A model generated the notes under the pieces. That model worked only from the letters and a program-made list of their open reading frames with translations. It was not told where the DNA came from and ran no database searches. This document shows positions 9,271 to 18,218 of a stretch of 45,580 nt of DNA, one piece after another. Numbering within the stretch: the first letter of the stretch is position 1; each line of letters starts with the position of its first letter. Location: assembly GCA_009927485.1 (NCBI GenBank), contig RFMW01000154.1:1-45580 (forward strand). Reading direction: 5' to 3'. A program made the translations under genes and the position numbers. The DNA is from Sphingobacteriia bacterium. Its GTDB lineage: Bacteria; Bacteroidota; Bacteroidia; UBA7662.

Positions 9271-9308
9271 CAAAGATACACGCAGGGCAAAGGCTTTGCC
9301 TATCTTTG
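9271..9308. promoter_or_regulatory. Back-to-back divergent -7 boxes (tRNA-Leu and M16 peptidase)
   Basis: CAAAGATA at 9271-9278 (TATCTTTG on minus) and TATCTTTG at 9301-9308 on plus. Confidence 0.65.
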
Positions 9309-9317
9309 ACGATTCCT

Positions 9318-10574
9318 ATGGCAGTCGGACCCCCTGTAAGCATCAAAACCTCCACCGGCTTTACCATTCTTTGCCTGCATGATCCGCATTACACCCTGGC
9401 TCATCTGGCCTTGATCAACGACAGCGGCAGCAGGGATGACCTGCCGGTTGGATCGGGGGTGACGCATTGCCTCGAACATTTGTTGTTCAAGGGCACCCGC
9501 GATCGCAATACATTCCAAGTCCTTTCAGAACTGGAAAACAAGGGGGGAGATCTCAATGCCTTCACCACCAAGGAACGCTTGGTACTTCATGCCTCCTGCC
9601 CCGCGGTTCACAGCCTCACCGCCCTGGATTTGTTGGGGGATATGTGGTGGCATTCCACGTGGAGCGATGAAGAGTTCCGCAAAGAACAAAAGATCATCCG
9701 GGAAGAAATCGGTATGTACCGGGATAATCCGGAGGAAAGCCTCTTGGAAGAATTTGAAACGCTGGTCTTTGGTCGGCATGCCCTGGCCCATCCCATCCTG
9801 GGGTATGAGGAAGAACTGATGCGCCTTCGTTCCCAAGAGGTTCATGCCTATTACCGAAACGTCTTCTTGCAACGGCCCACCGTATTGGTCTATCATGGTC
9901 CTCTGGAGCCCCTGGAGGTCAAGGCCGCAATCGAGCGACACCAAACAAAGCCCAAGAAATCCGGATTTGCGACGCATTCCGCTTCGTTGCGCAAACGCCC
10001 ATCAGGCCTTCGTCAAAGCAAATCCCTTGATAAAGTTCAGGATTTCAACCAAGCCTACGGAATGATCGGGGGTCGTGCGCCCTCGGTAAGCGATGACAAC
10101 CGATGGGCCATTGCCCTACTCTTTAATTGGCTGGGTGGCGATCACATGAGTGCGAGGCTGAGCATGGAATTGCGCGAAAATCTTGCCCTGGTTTACGAAA
10201 TAGAAGCTCAATACAGCCCTTATTCCGATACCGGCATGTGGTCCATACCTTTTTCTTGCGATCCAAGCAATGATCGCTTGGTTCAAAAAAGGGTGGAGGA
10301 AATCCTTCATCGACCCTCCTTGTCCACCCCCACCGCCTCTGAATTCAAAATAGCCAAAGAGCAAATGATTGGCCGTATTCTATTGGCCGAAGAGAACCGT
10401 CTTCAAAACCTCATTGGGTGGGGTCAGGCCTACCTCGATGGCAACCGACTCTTGGACACCCAAGAAATTATTGACCGTATCCATCGAATTCCTAGAACGG
10501 CCGTTCTGGATGCCGCCAATCATTTGTTTCGTGTTATGCCCAGAAGGTCCTTGCTATGGACCTGTGCACCATGA
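9318..10574 (+). CDS. M16 family (pitrilysin-like) zinc peptidase
   Basis: GSRDD, inverted zinc motif HCLEHLLFKGT, LNAFTTKE and RL..ELRE..ALVY. Start is ATG 9318; the ORF-track start overlaps the tRNA. Confidence 0.92.
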   Translation: MAVGPPVSIKTSTGFTILCLHDPHYTLAHLALINDSGSRDDLPVGSGVTHCLEHLLFKGTRDRNTFQVLSELENKGGDLNAFTTKERLVLHASCPAVHSLTALDLLGDMWWHSTWSDEEFRKEQKIIREEIGMYRDNPEESLLEEFETLVFGRHALAHPILGYEEELMRLRSQEVHAYYRNVFLQRPTVLVYHGPLEPLEVKAAIERHQTKPKKSGFATHSASLRKRPSGLRQSKSLDKVQDFNQAYGMIGGRAPSVSDDNRWAIALLFNWLGGDHMSARLSMELRENLALVYEIEAQYSPYSDTGMWSIPFSCDPSNDRLVQKRVEEILHRPSLSTPTASEFKIAKEQMIGRILLAEENRLQNLIGWGQAYLDGNRLLDTQEIIDRIHRIPRTAVLDAANHLFRVMPRRSLLWTCAP

Positions 10575-10597
10575 CCCTGCCCTTGTGATTCTACCGT

Positions 10598-11245
10598 ATG
10601 CTTATGCGATTTTTTCCTGAACCTCTCGAAAACTACATTAACCAGCACAGCAGCGCACCCAGCGCACTGCTCCATGAATTGGAACGCGATACCCACCTGC
10701 GTTGCCTCATGCCTCAAATGTGTTCCGGGCATCAACAAGGACGCCTGCTCGCCCTCCTCAGCAAAATGTTACGGCCAAAAAGAATTCTGGAGATCGGAAC
10801 GTTCACCGGTTATTCAGCGCTCTGTCTGGCGGAAGGTTTAACGGATGGCGGCCATCTTCATAGCATCGATAACAACGCCGAAATCATGGACATGGCGCAA
10901 TCCTATGTGGATCGCTCACCATACCGCGAGCAAATCACCCTGCACGAAGGGCCTGGCTTGGATTGGATCCAACGCCTGGACCAGCCTTGGGATTTGGTCT
11001 TCATCGATGCGGACAAAGAGAATTACCCCCGTTACCTCGAGGCTCTCTTACCCAAGCTCCAAGTGGGAGCCATCCTATTGGCAGACAATGTTTTGTGGAG
11101 TGGAAAAATCGCAGACCCTGCAGCGGATGATGACGAAACCAAGGCCCTGCGCTCGTACAATCGCATGGTTATGGAAAACCCCCGCCTGGAGGCGATGATT
11201 CTATCCGTAAGGGATGGAATATCGCTGGCGAGGGTTATTCACTAA
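10598..11245 (+). CDS. SAM-dependent O-methyltransferase (CCoAOMT/TrmR-like)
   Basis: ILEIGTFTGYSA, DLVFIDADKENY and ADNVLWSG. The start may be ATG 10604. Confidence 0.93.
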   Translation: MLMRFFPEPLENYINQHSSAPSALLHELERDTHLRCLMPQMCSGHQQGRLLALLSKMLRPKRILEIGTFTGYSALCLAEGLTDGGHLHSIDNNAEIMDMAQSYVDRSPYREQITLHEGPGLDWIQRLDQPWDLVFIDADKENYPRYLEALLPKLQVGAILLADNVLWSGKIADPAADDDETKALRSYNRMVMENPRLEAMILSVRDGISLARVIH

Positions 11246-11280
11246 GGCAAACCTTGGAAGGCTAGGCCTTGTTGATCGCT

Positions 11281-11297
11281 AGCGGCGATTGGCCGCT
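11281..11297. terminator. Short hairpin between convergent genes
   Basis: agcggc-gattg-gccgct; no clear U-tract. Confidence 0.3.
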
Positions 11298-11302
11298 GTG
11301 AC

Positions 11303-12043
11303 CTAGAATCTCCAACCAACGCGCACGGTTGGCAAAGCACTGAAATTGGTGCTCACCTTGCGATCTGCAGGAGCCAAATTCACCTTGGCAGAGCCTGCAA
11401 GGCTTTCGATTTCAAATTCGACAATGCGGTTGTTGCGTACATTCATCAACCAATTAAGCTCCAAACCCATGTACAAATTCTCGATGAGGTAAATATCAAC
11501 CCCGGCAACAGCGCCGAAATTATAGGAGAAGAAGGGAGCGTTGAGACTGGCCGTGGTTTGGAACTCATAAATACCATCGCCTGCTGCATCTTGGTTATAA
11601 TCTTTCCAAAGTTCTTTGCCGCGTCCTGCACCAATTCCGGCAACGGCTCCGAAGTAGGGCGACACACGCTTGGCACCGGATGGATGATATTCCAAACCGC
11701 CTTGCAATCCCCATGAACGATCGATGACTGTCCGTGTTCCCACTTTGCCGTCAAAATTGTCGGGGTTTGAATACACGTTTTCAACCGTTGAATTGGTAGC
11801 CGCGTTCAAGGTGCCACGAATGGCAAAACGATCCGACAAAAAATAGCGATACCTCAACTGAGGTAAAACCACCGTAATCCCTTCCGAAAAGTTCAAACCG
11901 GCCTCGATCGTGGAGCGATGAGCGCCATAACTGATGAATCCGCCTCCGTTGTTGACAGAAATTGGCTTCTGAGCGTACGCCGAAGGGGTAGATGCCAAGA
12001 GGACAGCAACAATAGCACTGGAGATGATAGCTTTCAATTTCAT
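11303..12043 (-). CDS. Outer membrane beta-barrel protein
   Basis: Signal peptide (…SAYA/QK), amphipathic strands (LRYRYFLSDRFAIRG, VSPYFG) and a C-terminal VRVGWRF BamA-type motif. Confidence 0.85.
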   Translation of the reverse strand: MKLKAIISSAIVAVLLASTPSAYAQKPISVNNGGGFISYGAHRSTIEAGLNFSEGITVVLPQLRYRYFLSDRFAIRGTLNAATNSTVENVYSNPDNFDGKVGTRTVIDRSWGLQGGLEYHPSGAKRVSPYFGAVAGIGAGRGKELWKDYNQDAAGDGIYEFQTTASLNAPFFSYNFGAVAGVDIYLIENLYMGLELNWLMNVRNNRIVEFEIESLAGSAKVNLAPADRKVSTNFSALPTVRVGWRF

Positions 12044-12113
12044 AAAGGGGTTTTTGAAGAATGAAGGGGGTGAATTGGGTTAGAACGAAGAATCCTTGTT
12101 GTGGATTTATTTT

Positions 12114-12121
12114 CAAAAGTA
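12114..12121 (-). promoter_or_regulatory. -7 promoter box for the OMP gene
   Basis: TACTTTTG on the minus strand. Confidence 0.55.
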
Positions 12122-12218
12122 ACGCAAACAGCGTCTTTAACGCCCCTCTGCGGCGAATAAATTGCAAAACCCCGGGTCAGACCTAATTTAACCTCCCGAA
12201 TCCAAACGATTTTTCAAC

Positions 12219-14606
12219 ATGAACAACGTCTGCGTTACTAAGTTAATTGTCGCTTTGGTTTTAGGGCTTTGGTGCGGTCCACTGACCCTTTGGGCCCAAT
12301 CAGGTGCAGGAAGCCCCAGGGGGTCGTCGTTGTACGATGATCACGTTTTGGGACGGATCGACGTCTTTTTGCCGCCGGATAGCTTGGCGGAGATGTTGGC
12401 CAATCCCAATTCCAACCGGGAGTACCGGTCCACGGTGGTTTTCACGAGGGCGGGAATTCAGGACAGCCTGTTTGAATGCGGGCTGCGGATTCGAGGAAAT
12501 ACATCGCGAAACGCCCAGAAGAAACAGTTCCGCATATCCTTCAATTCGTTCAGGCCAGGGCAAAACCTGGAAGGGATCAGCGATCTCAACCTCTACGGGA
12601 TGCACAACGATCCTTCCATCAGCCGGGCCAAATTCTATTACGACCTGACCCACCGTGTCGGCGGGCGTTCTGCAAGAGCGGCCCATGTGAACCTCTATTT
12701 CAACGGACGATTCAGGGGGGTCTATGTCAACGTCGAACAATTGAACGAGGATTTCCTGCAAAGCGAATTTGCCCAGGATTACGGGAACCTGTACAAATGC
12801 CTGTGGCCTGCGGATCTGGTGTACATTTCCAACAATCCTAACGATTACAAATTGACCTCCGGGGGACGCAGGGCCTATGAACTCATGACCAATACGGCCG
12901 CCGATGATTACAGCAATTTCGCCAAACTTATTCGAACCCTTAACCAAACCGCTTCTGCCCAAATTTATTGCCAGCTTGATAGCATTTTCGATATCGAATC
13001 GGCTCTACTCACCCTGGCCACGGACCTGAGCACCGGTCATTGGGATTCGTATTATAACAAAAATAACTTCTACCTCTATGACCATCCCGTGGATGGACGA
13101 TTTCGGTTCTTGCCTTACGATCCTGACAATACGATGGGTATCCAATGGGGTGGGCCTAATTACCAAACCATCTCCCCTTTCTCATTTACTCCCGGTGAAT
13201 CCAGGCCGCTGTACGACAAGCTTATGGCCAACACGGATACCCGAAATATCTACGGATTTTATTTAAGAAAAGTTGCTAATCAACAAGTTAGCACTGGATT
13301 TCTAGCGCAAGTGGATTCCATTCGAAGCCGCATTGCCCCCTTTGCCTTGGTGGATACGTTCCGAAGCCTGGATTATGGCTATACCTACAGTCAATTTCTG
13401 TCCTCCTTTGCAGGAGCAGCTGCTGGTGGTCATGTCAACAGCAGCATTATTCCATTTCTGGGGGCTCGATCCAATGCTACCTTGAATGCTTCCCTGGGAC
13501 CCGCAAACCTACCGCCTGTTGTGCACAGGCCCATGGTCATCAACCCTTACCCCGGAAGGCGGGCCACTATTCGCGTTCGTATCGAAGATGAACTGAGCAA
13601 CGGCATACAGGCGACTGCAACGGTAACACAAGACGGGCAATCCCTAACCATCCCCCTCTGGGATGATGGACAACATGGGGATGGGATGGCCGGAGACGGG
13701 ATGTACGGCGCCTATGTTACGTTGAATGCGCAGGTTCAGCAATGCAGCGTGCAGGTGCAGGCCAGGGACTCGGCCCAGAACCTAAGAACCAGGCCCTGCA
13801 ACCCTATGCGCATCAAGACCAGGCCCATGGGCCCCCTCTATTTGAACGAAATCATGGCCCTGAACCACAACGGCATTACGGATCAAAGCGGGAGGACCAG
13901 CGATTGGATTGAGCTCTACAACGGCGGGACCCAACCCTGGGTGACCGGCACCAACACCTACCTCTCGGACAATATGGCCAATCCTGGCCTTTGGAAATTG
14001 CCCAATATCAGCATCCCGGCCGGTAGCTATGCCCTGGTATGGGCGTCCGGGGATACGACACGGGGTGCAATGCATGCCAATTTTACGCTGTCCGGGTACG
14101 GGGAATGCTTGGGTCTGTTCAGGTTCCAAAACAACCAGTTCCAGATGCTCGACACCCTCTGCTACAGTCCTCAAATTCCGGATGTTTCAACGGGTCGCAA
14201 CGGGGATGGCAATTTGGATTGGATCTCCTACCTCGTCTCAACCCCTGAACGAAGCAATGCCTTGCTGAGTTCTTTGGCCAAGGACGCAGATGAGTCCTTA
14301 GCCAATCCGCCCTGTCCCGCGATGCCCAATCCTTTTGGGGAGCATTTGCTTCTACAGTTCCAGGCCAAGTCTGGGCCCATTACCTGGGAAATCCGCGGGG
14401 CCAACGGCCAAAAAATCGAAGAAGGGCTCTTGAATTCAAGCATGGAGGAACCTGCGGAAGGCTACGATGGCGACCAGGGATCAGGCCAATCGGATCCACT
14501 CAGGACCCTTCGCCTGTCAACCATGGCATGGCCGGCAGGGCTCTATACCTTGCATTGGCGGCAGGGGCAGCGATCGTACCGATGCAAATTGATCAAAGGG
14601 CCTTAA
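12219..14606 (+). CDS. Secreted CotH-family kinase with choice-of-anchor-X-like motif, lamin-tail domain and T9SS type A CTD
   Basis: GLRIRGNTSR..KK, YVNVEQ, WDSY..NNFYLY and PYDPDNT (CotH); LWDDGQHGDGMAGDGMYGA; LYLNEIMA...DWIELYN (LTD); PNPF...AGLY...KLIK (CTD). Confidence 0.88.
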   Translation: MNNVCVTKLIVALVLGLWCGPLTLWAQSGAGSPRGSSLYDDHVLGRIDVFLPPDSLAEMLANPNSNREYRSTVVFTRAGIQDSLFECGLRIRGNTSRNAQKKQFRISFNSFRPGQNLEGISDLNLYGMHNDPSISRAKFYYDLTHRVGGRSARAAHVNLYFNGRFRGVYVNVEQLNEDFLQSEFAQDYGNLYKCLWPADLVYISNNPNDYKLTSGGRRAYELMTNTAADDYSNFAKLIRTLNQTASAQIYCQLDSIFDIESALLTLATDLSTGHWDSYYNKNNFYLYDHPVDGRFRFLPYDPDNTMGIQWGGPNYQTISPFSFTPGESRPLYDKLMANTDTRNIYGFYLRKVANQQVSTGFLAQVDSIRSRIAPFALVDTFRSLDYGYTYSQFLSSFAGAAAGGHVNSSIIPFLGARSNATLNASLGPANLPPVVHRPMVINPYPGRRATIRVRIEDELSNGIQATATVTQDGQSLTIPLWDDGQHGDGMAGDGMYGAYVTLNAQVQQCSVQVQARDSAQNLRTRPCNPMRIKTRPMGPLYLNEIMALNHNGITDQSGRTSDWIELYNGGTQPWVTGTNTYLSDNMANPGLWKLPNISIPAGSYALVWASGDTTRGAMHANFTLSGYGECLGLFRFQNNQFQMLDTLCYSPQIPDVSTGRNGDGNLDWISYLVSTPERSNALLSSLAKDADESLANPPCPAMPNPFGEHLLLQFQAKSGPITWEIRGANGQKIEEGLLNSSMEEPAEGYDGDQGSGQSDPLRTLRLSTMAWPAGLYTLHWRQGQRSYRCKLIKGP

Positions 14607-14646
14607 AATCGCTCAAACATCGGCAGGGCAAGGGTGTTCTAAAGGG

Positions 14647-16170
14647 ATGCCCCCTCACCGTTCCCGCCAGGATTTTCTTTTTTTCCCCCACCAATTGGCG
14701 TTGCCTTCGGTTGAGCAATGCTCATCCACGAAGCGAGCATGGATTGTGGAGGAATGGTTATTCTTCAGGCAATATCCTTTTCATCGGCAGAAATTGATTC
14801 ACCAGCGCGCATGCATGATGTCCTTCGCCGACGAATTGCAGAGCCTGGGATGGGAGGTGGAATACATCGAAGCGCAGGACCCAAGGGCGGAGTCCGGTGC
14901 CTTGATCCATGACCTCTCCGCCCTAGAGGGCCTTCAAGAAGTGACTGCCTTTCGTTGCAGTGATTTTTGGTTGGAAAAAAGATTGCTCAAGGCATCGGCT
15001 GCAACAGGTCTCACGATTGCATGGCTCGACAATCCCTTGTTCTTGGATCAACCCATGGAGCCGAATTCGTGGTTCCAAGGACGTAAGCGCTTCCTTCAGG
15101 CGGATTATTACCGCAAACAACGGATGCAACACGGCATCCTGGTGGATCCTAAATCAGGGGATCCCGTTGGTGGGCAATGGAGTTTCGACGAAGACAACCG
15201 CAAAACCTATCCAAAAGATGCAACGCCCCCACCCCCTCCTTCCCTGGAATGGAACAAGGCCTGGGTGGAAGCCGAAGCCTATGTCCAAAAGCATTTTCCC
15301 AAGGCCCCCGGTGCAGCCCGGGGAGCATGGGCCTGGCCGGTGAATCGGAAGGATGCAGAGCAATGGCTCATGTCCTTTGTGCGGGATAGGCTTTCCTTGT
15401 TTGGACCTTACGAAGATGCTATGGATCAACGATTTAGTCTGCTCCATCATTCCGGAATTTCACCGCTGCTGAACAACGGATTGCTCCGTCCTGAACAAGT
15501 GCTGGCGGCCTGCCTGAAAGCCAGCAAACAACAGAAAATCCCTTTGTCTAGCACGGAGGGATTGGTGAGGCAAATTCTGGGCTGGAGGGAATTTGTACAC
15601 GGGGTGTATTTGCATGCCGGGGTTCGTCAGCGCAACGGAAATTTCTGGGGATTTGATCGTTCGATGCCCCAGGCTTTTTATACGGCAACAACAGGCATCG
15701 AGCCCGTGGATCATTGCATCCGAGGGGTCTTGAACAATGCGTACAACCATCATATTGAACGCCTGATGATCTTGAGTAATTTTATGTTACTGTGTGAAAT
15801 CCGACCGCATGCGGTTTATCAATGGTTTATGGAAATGTACATTGACGCCTACGATTGGGTCATGGTACCCAACGTGTACGGTATGGGTCAATTCGCGGAT
15901 GGTGGGGTGCTTTCCACCAAGCCTTATATCAGTTCCAGCAATTACGTACTCAAGATGAGCAATTACCGAGCCGACAAGGCTTGGACTGAACCGTGGGACG
16001 CCCTTTATTGGCGCTTTATTTCCTCCAACAAAGCCTATTTTCTTCGAAATCCACGATCGGCCATGATGGTGCGTCAATGGGAAAAAAAGCCAGCCGCCGT
16101 GCAGGAGCAGCTCCTTCAAAATGCAGAAGATTTCCTGCAAAACTTGCATCTAAACAAATCCAAAAACTAA
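14647..16170 (+). CDS. Cryptochrome/photolyase family protein of the COG3046 (PhrB/CryB-like, bacterial 6-4) group
   Basis: FPHQL, FHRQKL, GGQWSFDEDNRK, FGPYEDAM, EGLVRQILGWREF, HHIERLMILSNF, DAYDWVMVPNVYGMGQFADGG and KPYISSSNY. Confidence 0.92.
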   Translation: MPPHRSRQDFLFFPHQLALPSVEQCSSTKRAWIVEEWLFFRQYPFHRQKLIHQRACMMSFADELQSLGWEVEYIEAQDPRAESGALIHDLSALEGLQEVTAFRCSDFWLEKRLLKASAATGLTIAWLDNPLFLDQPMEPNSWFQGRKRFLQADYYRKQRMQHGILVDPKSGDPVGGQWSFDEDNRKTYPKDATPPPPPSLEWNKAWVEAEAYVQKHFPKAPGAARGAWAWPVNRKDAEQWLMSFVRDRLSLFGPYEDAMDQRFSLLHHSGISPLLNNGLLRPEQVLAACLKASKQQKIPLSSTEGLVRQILGWREFVHGVYLHAGVRQRNGNFWGFDRSMPQAFYTATTGIEPVDHCIRGVLNNAYNHHIERLMILSNFMLLCEIRPHAVYQWFMEMYIDAYDWVMVPNVYGMGQFADGGVLSTKPYISSSNYVLKMSNYRADKAWTEPWDALYWRFISSNKAYFLRNPRSAMMVRQWEKKPAAVQEQLLQNAEDFLQNLHLNKSKN

Positions 16171-16178
16171 GCCAAGGC

Positions 16179-16691
16179 ATGCGGAAATTTTGGAATATTG
16201 CTGATGCCGCCGTGTATGCCTTGCTTACCCGTGATGGCTCGGAGAAGTGGAACTACAATTGCTGCACCTACGTGACCGCTGTAGGCATGCATCCCAAGCA
16301 TTACCTGACCGCGGTTTACCATGGAACCAAAAGTTTGGAAAATTTGCAACGCATTCCCCATCAAAATGTTGTCCTCCACCTCTTATCGCCTCAGCAGGCT
16401 CCCCTGATCCGGGTTTTGGGCCGTCAATCCGGTTTTGCCGTGGACAAACACGCCAAACTCCAGCGAGGCGGTCACCTGGCGAATTGGCGGGGTTACCCGG
16501 TCTTGAAAGAGGCCGCCGCATGGGCGGAACTGCGCAGCTTAGGGCCATTGCAGGGGGATGCGGCCTTTGCCCCGTTGGCCAGCGGTCCCACGGACCACGA
16601 ATTATGGCTGTGGGAATTGGTATCCACCAAGTTAAATTCCGAGGAGTACCTGAATACCGGAACCATGAGGAGTTTGGGCATCCTTCGTTAG
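16179..16691 (+). CDS. Flavin reductase-like (split-barrel) protein
   Basis: From ATG 16179: N..TYVTAV.M.P, T.SLENL, LGRQSG..VDK, PVL.EA.AW.EL and a DH motif. It starts 8 nt after the photolyase stop. Confidence 0.72.
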   Translation: MRKFWNIADAAVYALLTRDGSEKWNYNCCTYVTAVGMHPKHYLTAVYHGTKSLENLQRIPHQNVVLHLLSPQQAPLIRVLGRQSGFAVDKHAKLQRGGHLANWRGYPVLKEAAAWAELRSLGPLQGDAAFAPLASGPTDHELWLWELVSTKLNSEEYLNTGTMRSLGILR

Positions 16692-16726
16692 GGCCGTATC
16701 TTGGCGCTCCCAAAACCTATCATTTC

Positions 16727-18115
16727 ATGAATTACGATGTTATTGTCCTTGGCGGTGGACCCGGTGGGTATGTTGCTGCCATTCGAGCTTCCCAATTGGG
16801 CCTCAAGGTGGCTGTCGTTGAACGCGAAGCGCTGGGCGGAATCTGCCTCAATTGGGGCTGCATTCCTACCAAAGCCTTGCTCAAAAGTGCCCAAGTCTTC
16901 GAATACATCAAACACGCTTCGGATTATGGGATCAAGGTCGCGGATGCCCAAGCCGACTTTGGTGGGGTCATCCAGCGCAGCCGCGGTGTGGCCGACGGCA
17001 TGAGCAAAGGCGTAGCCTTCCTCATGAAGAAAAACAAAATCGAGGTCCACATGGGGAACGGTATCCTCAAGCCAGGGGGCAAAATCGAGGTCACTCAAGC
17101 CGATGGCAAGAGCATCACCCTGACCGCACCGCATATAGTGATCGCAACCGGGGCCAGAGCCCGTGCCTTGCCCAATCTTCCCATCGACGGCGAGAAAGTC
17201 ATCGAGTACCGCAAAGCCATGACCCTTCCCAAACAACCCAAATCCATGCTGGTTGTAGGATCCGGGGCCATCGGTGTTGAATTTGCCTACGTTTACCAAG
17301 CCATGGGCACCCAAGTGACCGTGGTGGAATACATGCCCAACATTGTTCCGGTCGAAGACGAGGAGGTCTCCAAGGCTCTGGAGAAATCCTACAAGAAAAT
17401 GGGGATGAATATTCTAACCAGTTCATCGGTCGAGTCGGTGGATACCTCCGGTGCAGGATGCAAGGTTCAGGTCAAAACACCAACCGGTATGCAAACCCTC
17501 GAAGCCGAAGTGGTGCTGAGCGCTGCAGGTATTGTTCCGAACATCGAAAACATCGGTTTGGAAGCCTGCGGTATCGCTCTCGACAAAGGCAAAATTCAAG
17601 TGGATGACTACTACCGCACCTCCACCAAAGGCTACTACGCCATTGGCGATGTGGTCAAAGGCCCTGCCTTGGCGCACGTTGCTTCGGCCGAAGGCATTAT
17701 TTGTGTAGAAAAAATCGCCGGCCATCATCCAGAGCCTCTGGACTACGGCAACATACCGGGTTGCACCTATTGCCAACCGGAAATTGCCTCGGTCGGCATG
17801 ACCGAGAAGGCCGCTAAGGAAGCAGGCTACGAACTCAAAGTGGGTAAATTCCCCTTCAGTGCCTCCGGAAAAGCAAGCGCCAGTGGGCACAAAGATGGCT
17901 TCGTTAAACTCATCTTCGATGACCAATACGGGGAGCTGCTGGGCGCCCACATGATTGGGGCGAATGTTACCGAAATGATCGCTGAATTGGTAGTTGCCCG
18001 CAAGCTTGAAACCACCGGACATGAACTGATCAAAGCGGTTCACCCGCATCCTACCCTTAGCGAAGCGGTTATGGAAGCAGCAGCGGCGGCTTACGGCGAA
18101 GTAATCCATTTGTAA
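16727..18115 (+). CDS. lpdA: Dihydrolipoyl dehydrogenase
   Basis: From ATG 16727: GGGPGGY, GGICLNWGCIPTK and HPHPTLSE. Confidence 0.97.
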   Translation: MNYDVIVLGGGPGGYVAAIRASQLGLKVAVVEREALGGICLNWGCIPTKALLKSAQVFEYIKHASDYGIKVADAQADFGGVIQRSRGVADGMSKGVAFLMKKNKIEVHMGNGILKPGGKIEVTQADGKSITLTAPHIVIATGARARALPNLPIDGEKVIEYRKAMTLPKQPKSMLVVGSGAIGVEFAYVYQAMGTQVTVVEYMPNIVPVEDEEVSKALEKSYKKMGMNILTSSSVESVDTSGAGCKVQVKTPTGMQTLEAEVVLSAAGIVPNIENIGLEACGIALDKGKIQVDDYYRTSTKGYYAIGDVVKGPALAHVASAEGIICVEKIAGHHPEPLDYGNIPGCTYCQPEIASVGMTEKAAKEAGYELKVGKFPFSASGKASASGHKDGFVKLIFDDQYGELLGAHMIGANVTEMIAELVVARKLETTGHELIKAVHPHPTLSEAVMEAAAAAYGEVIHL

Positions 18116-18218
18116 CATATCGTTGCCTTGCTCGAATATTTCTTAATTTCTGCCCTTAACCAGCACACCCCTTCACCCCATTAGAACCATCATTTTCCAG
18201 ACTTTAAACCCTTTTAAC

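Noticed and set aside
9093-9317. ORF-track N-terminal extensions of the DUF5686 ORF (to 9209) and the M16 ORF (from 9186)
   Set aside because: Both run through the tRNA-Leu gene or its promoter. Downstream ATGs at 9092 and 9318 fit better.
15993-16726. Long N-terminal extensions or fusion of lpdA (from 16247) and the flavin reductase (from 15993); likewise map (4111) and yebC (5037)
   Set aside because: The extensions overlap neighbouring real genes in other frames, and family-typical starts lie downstream.
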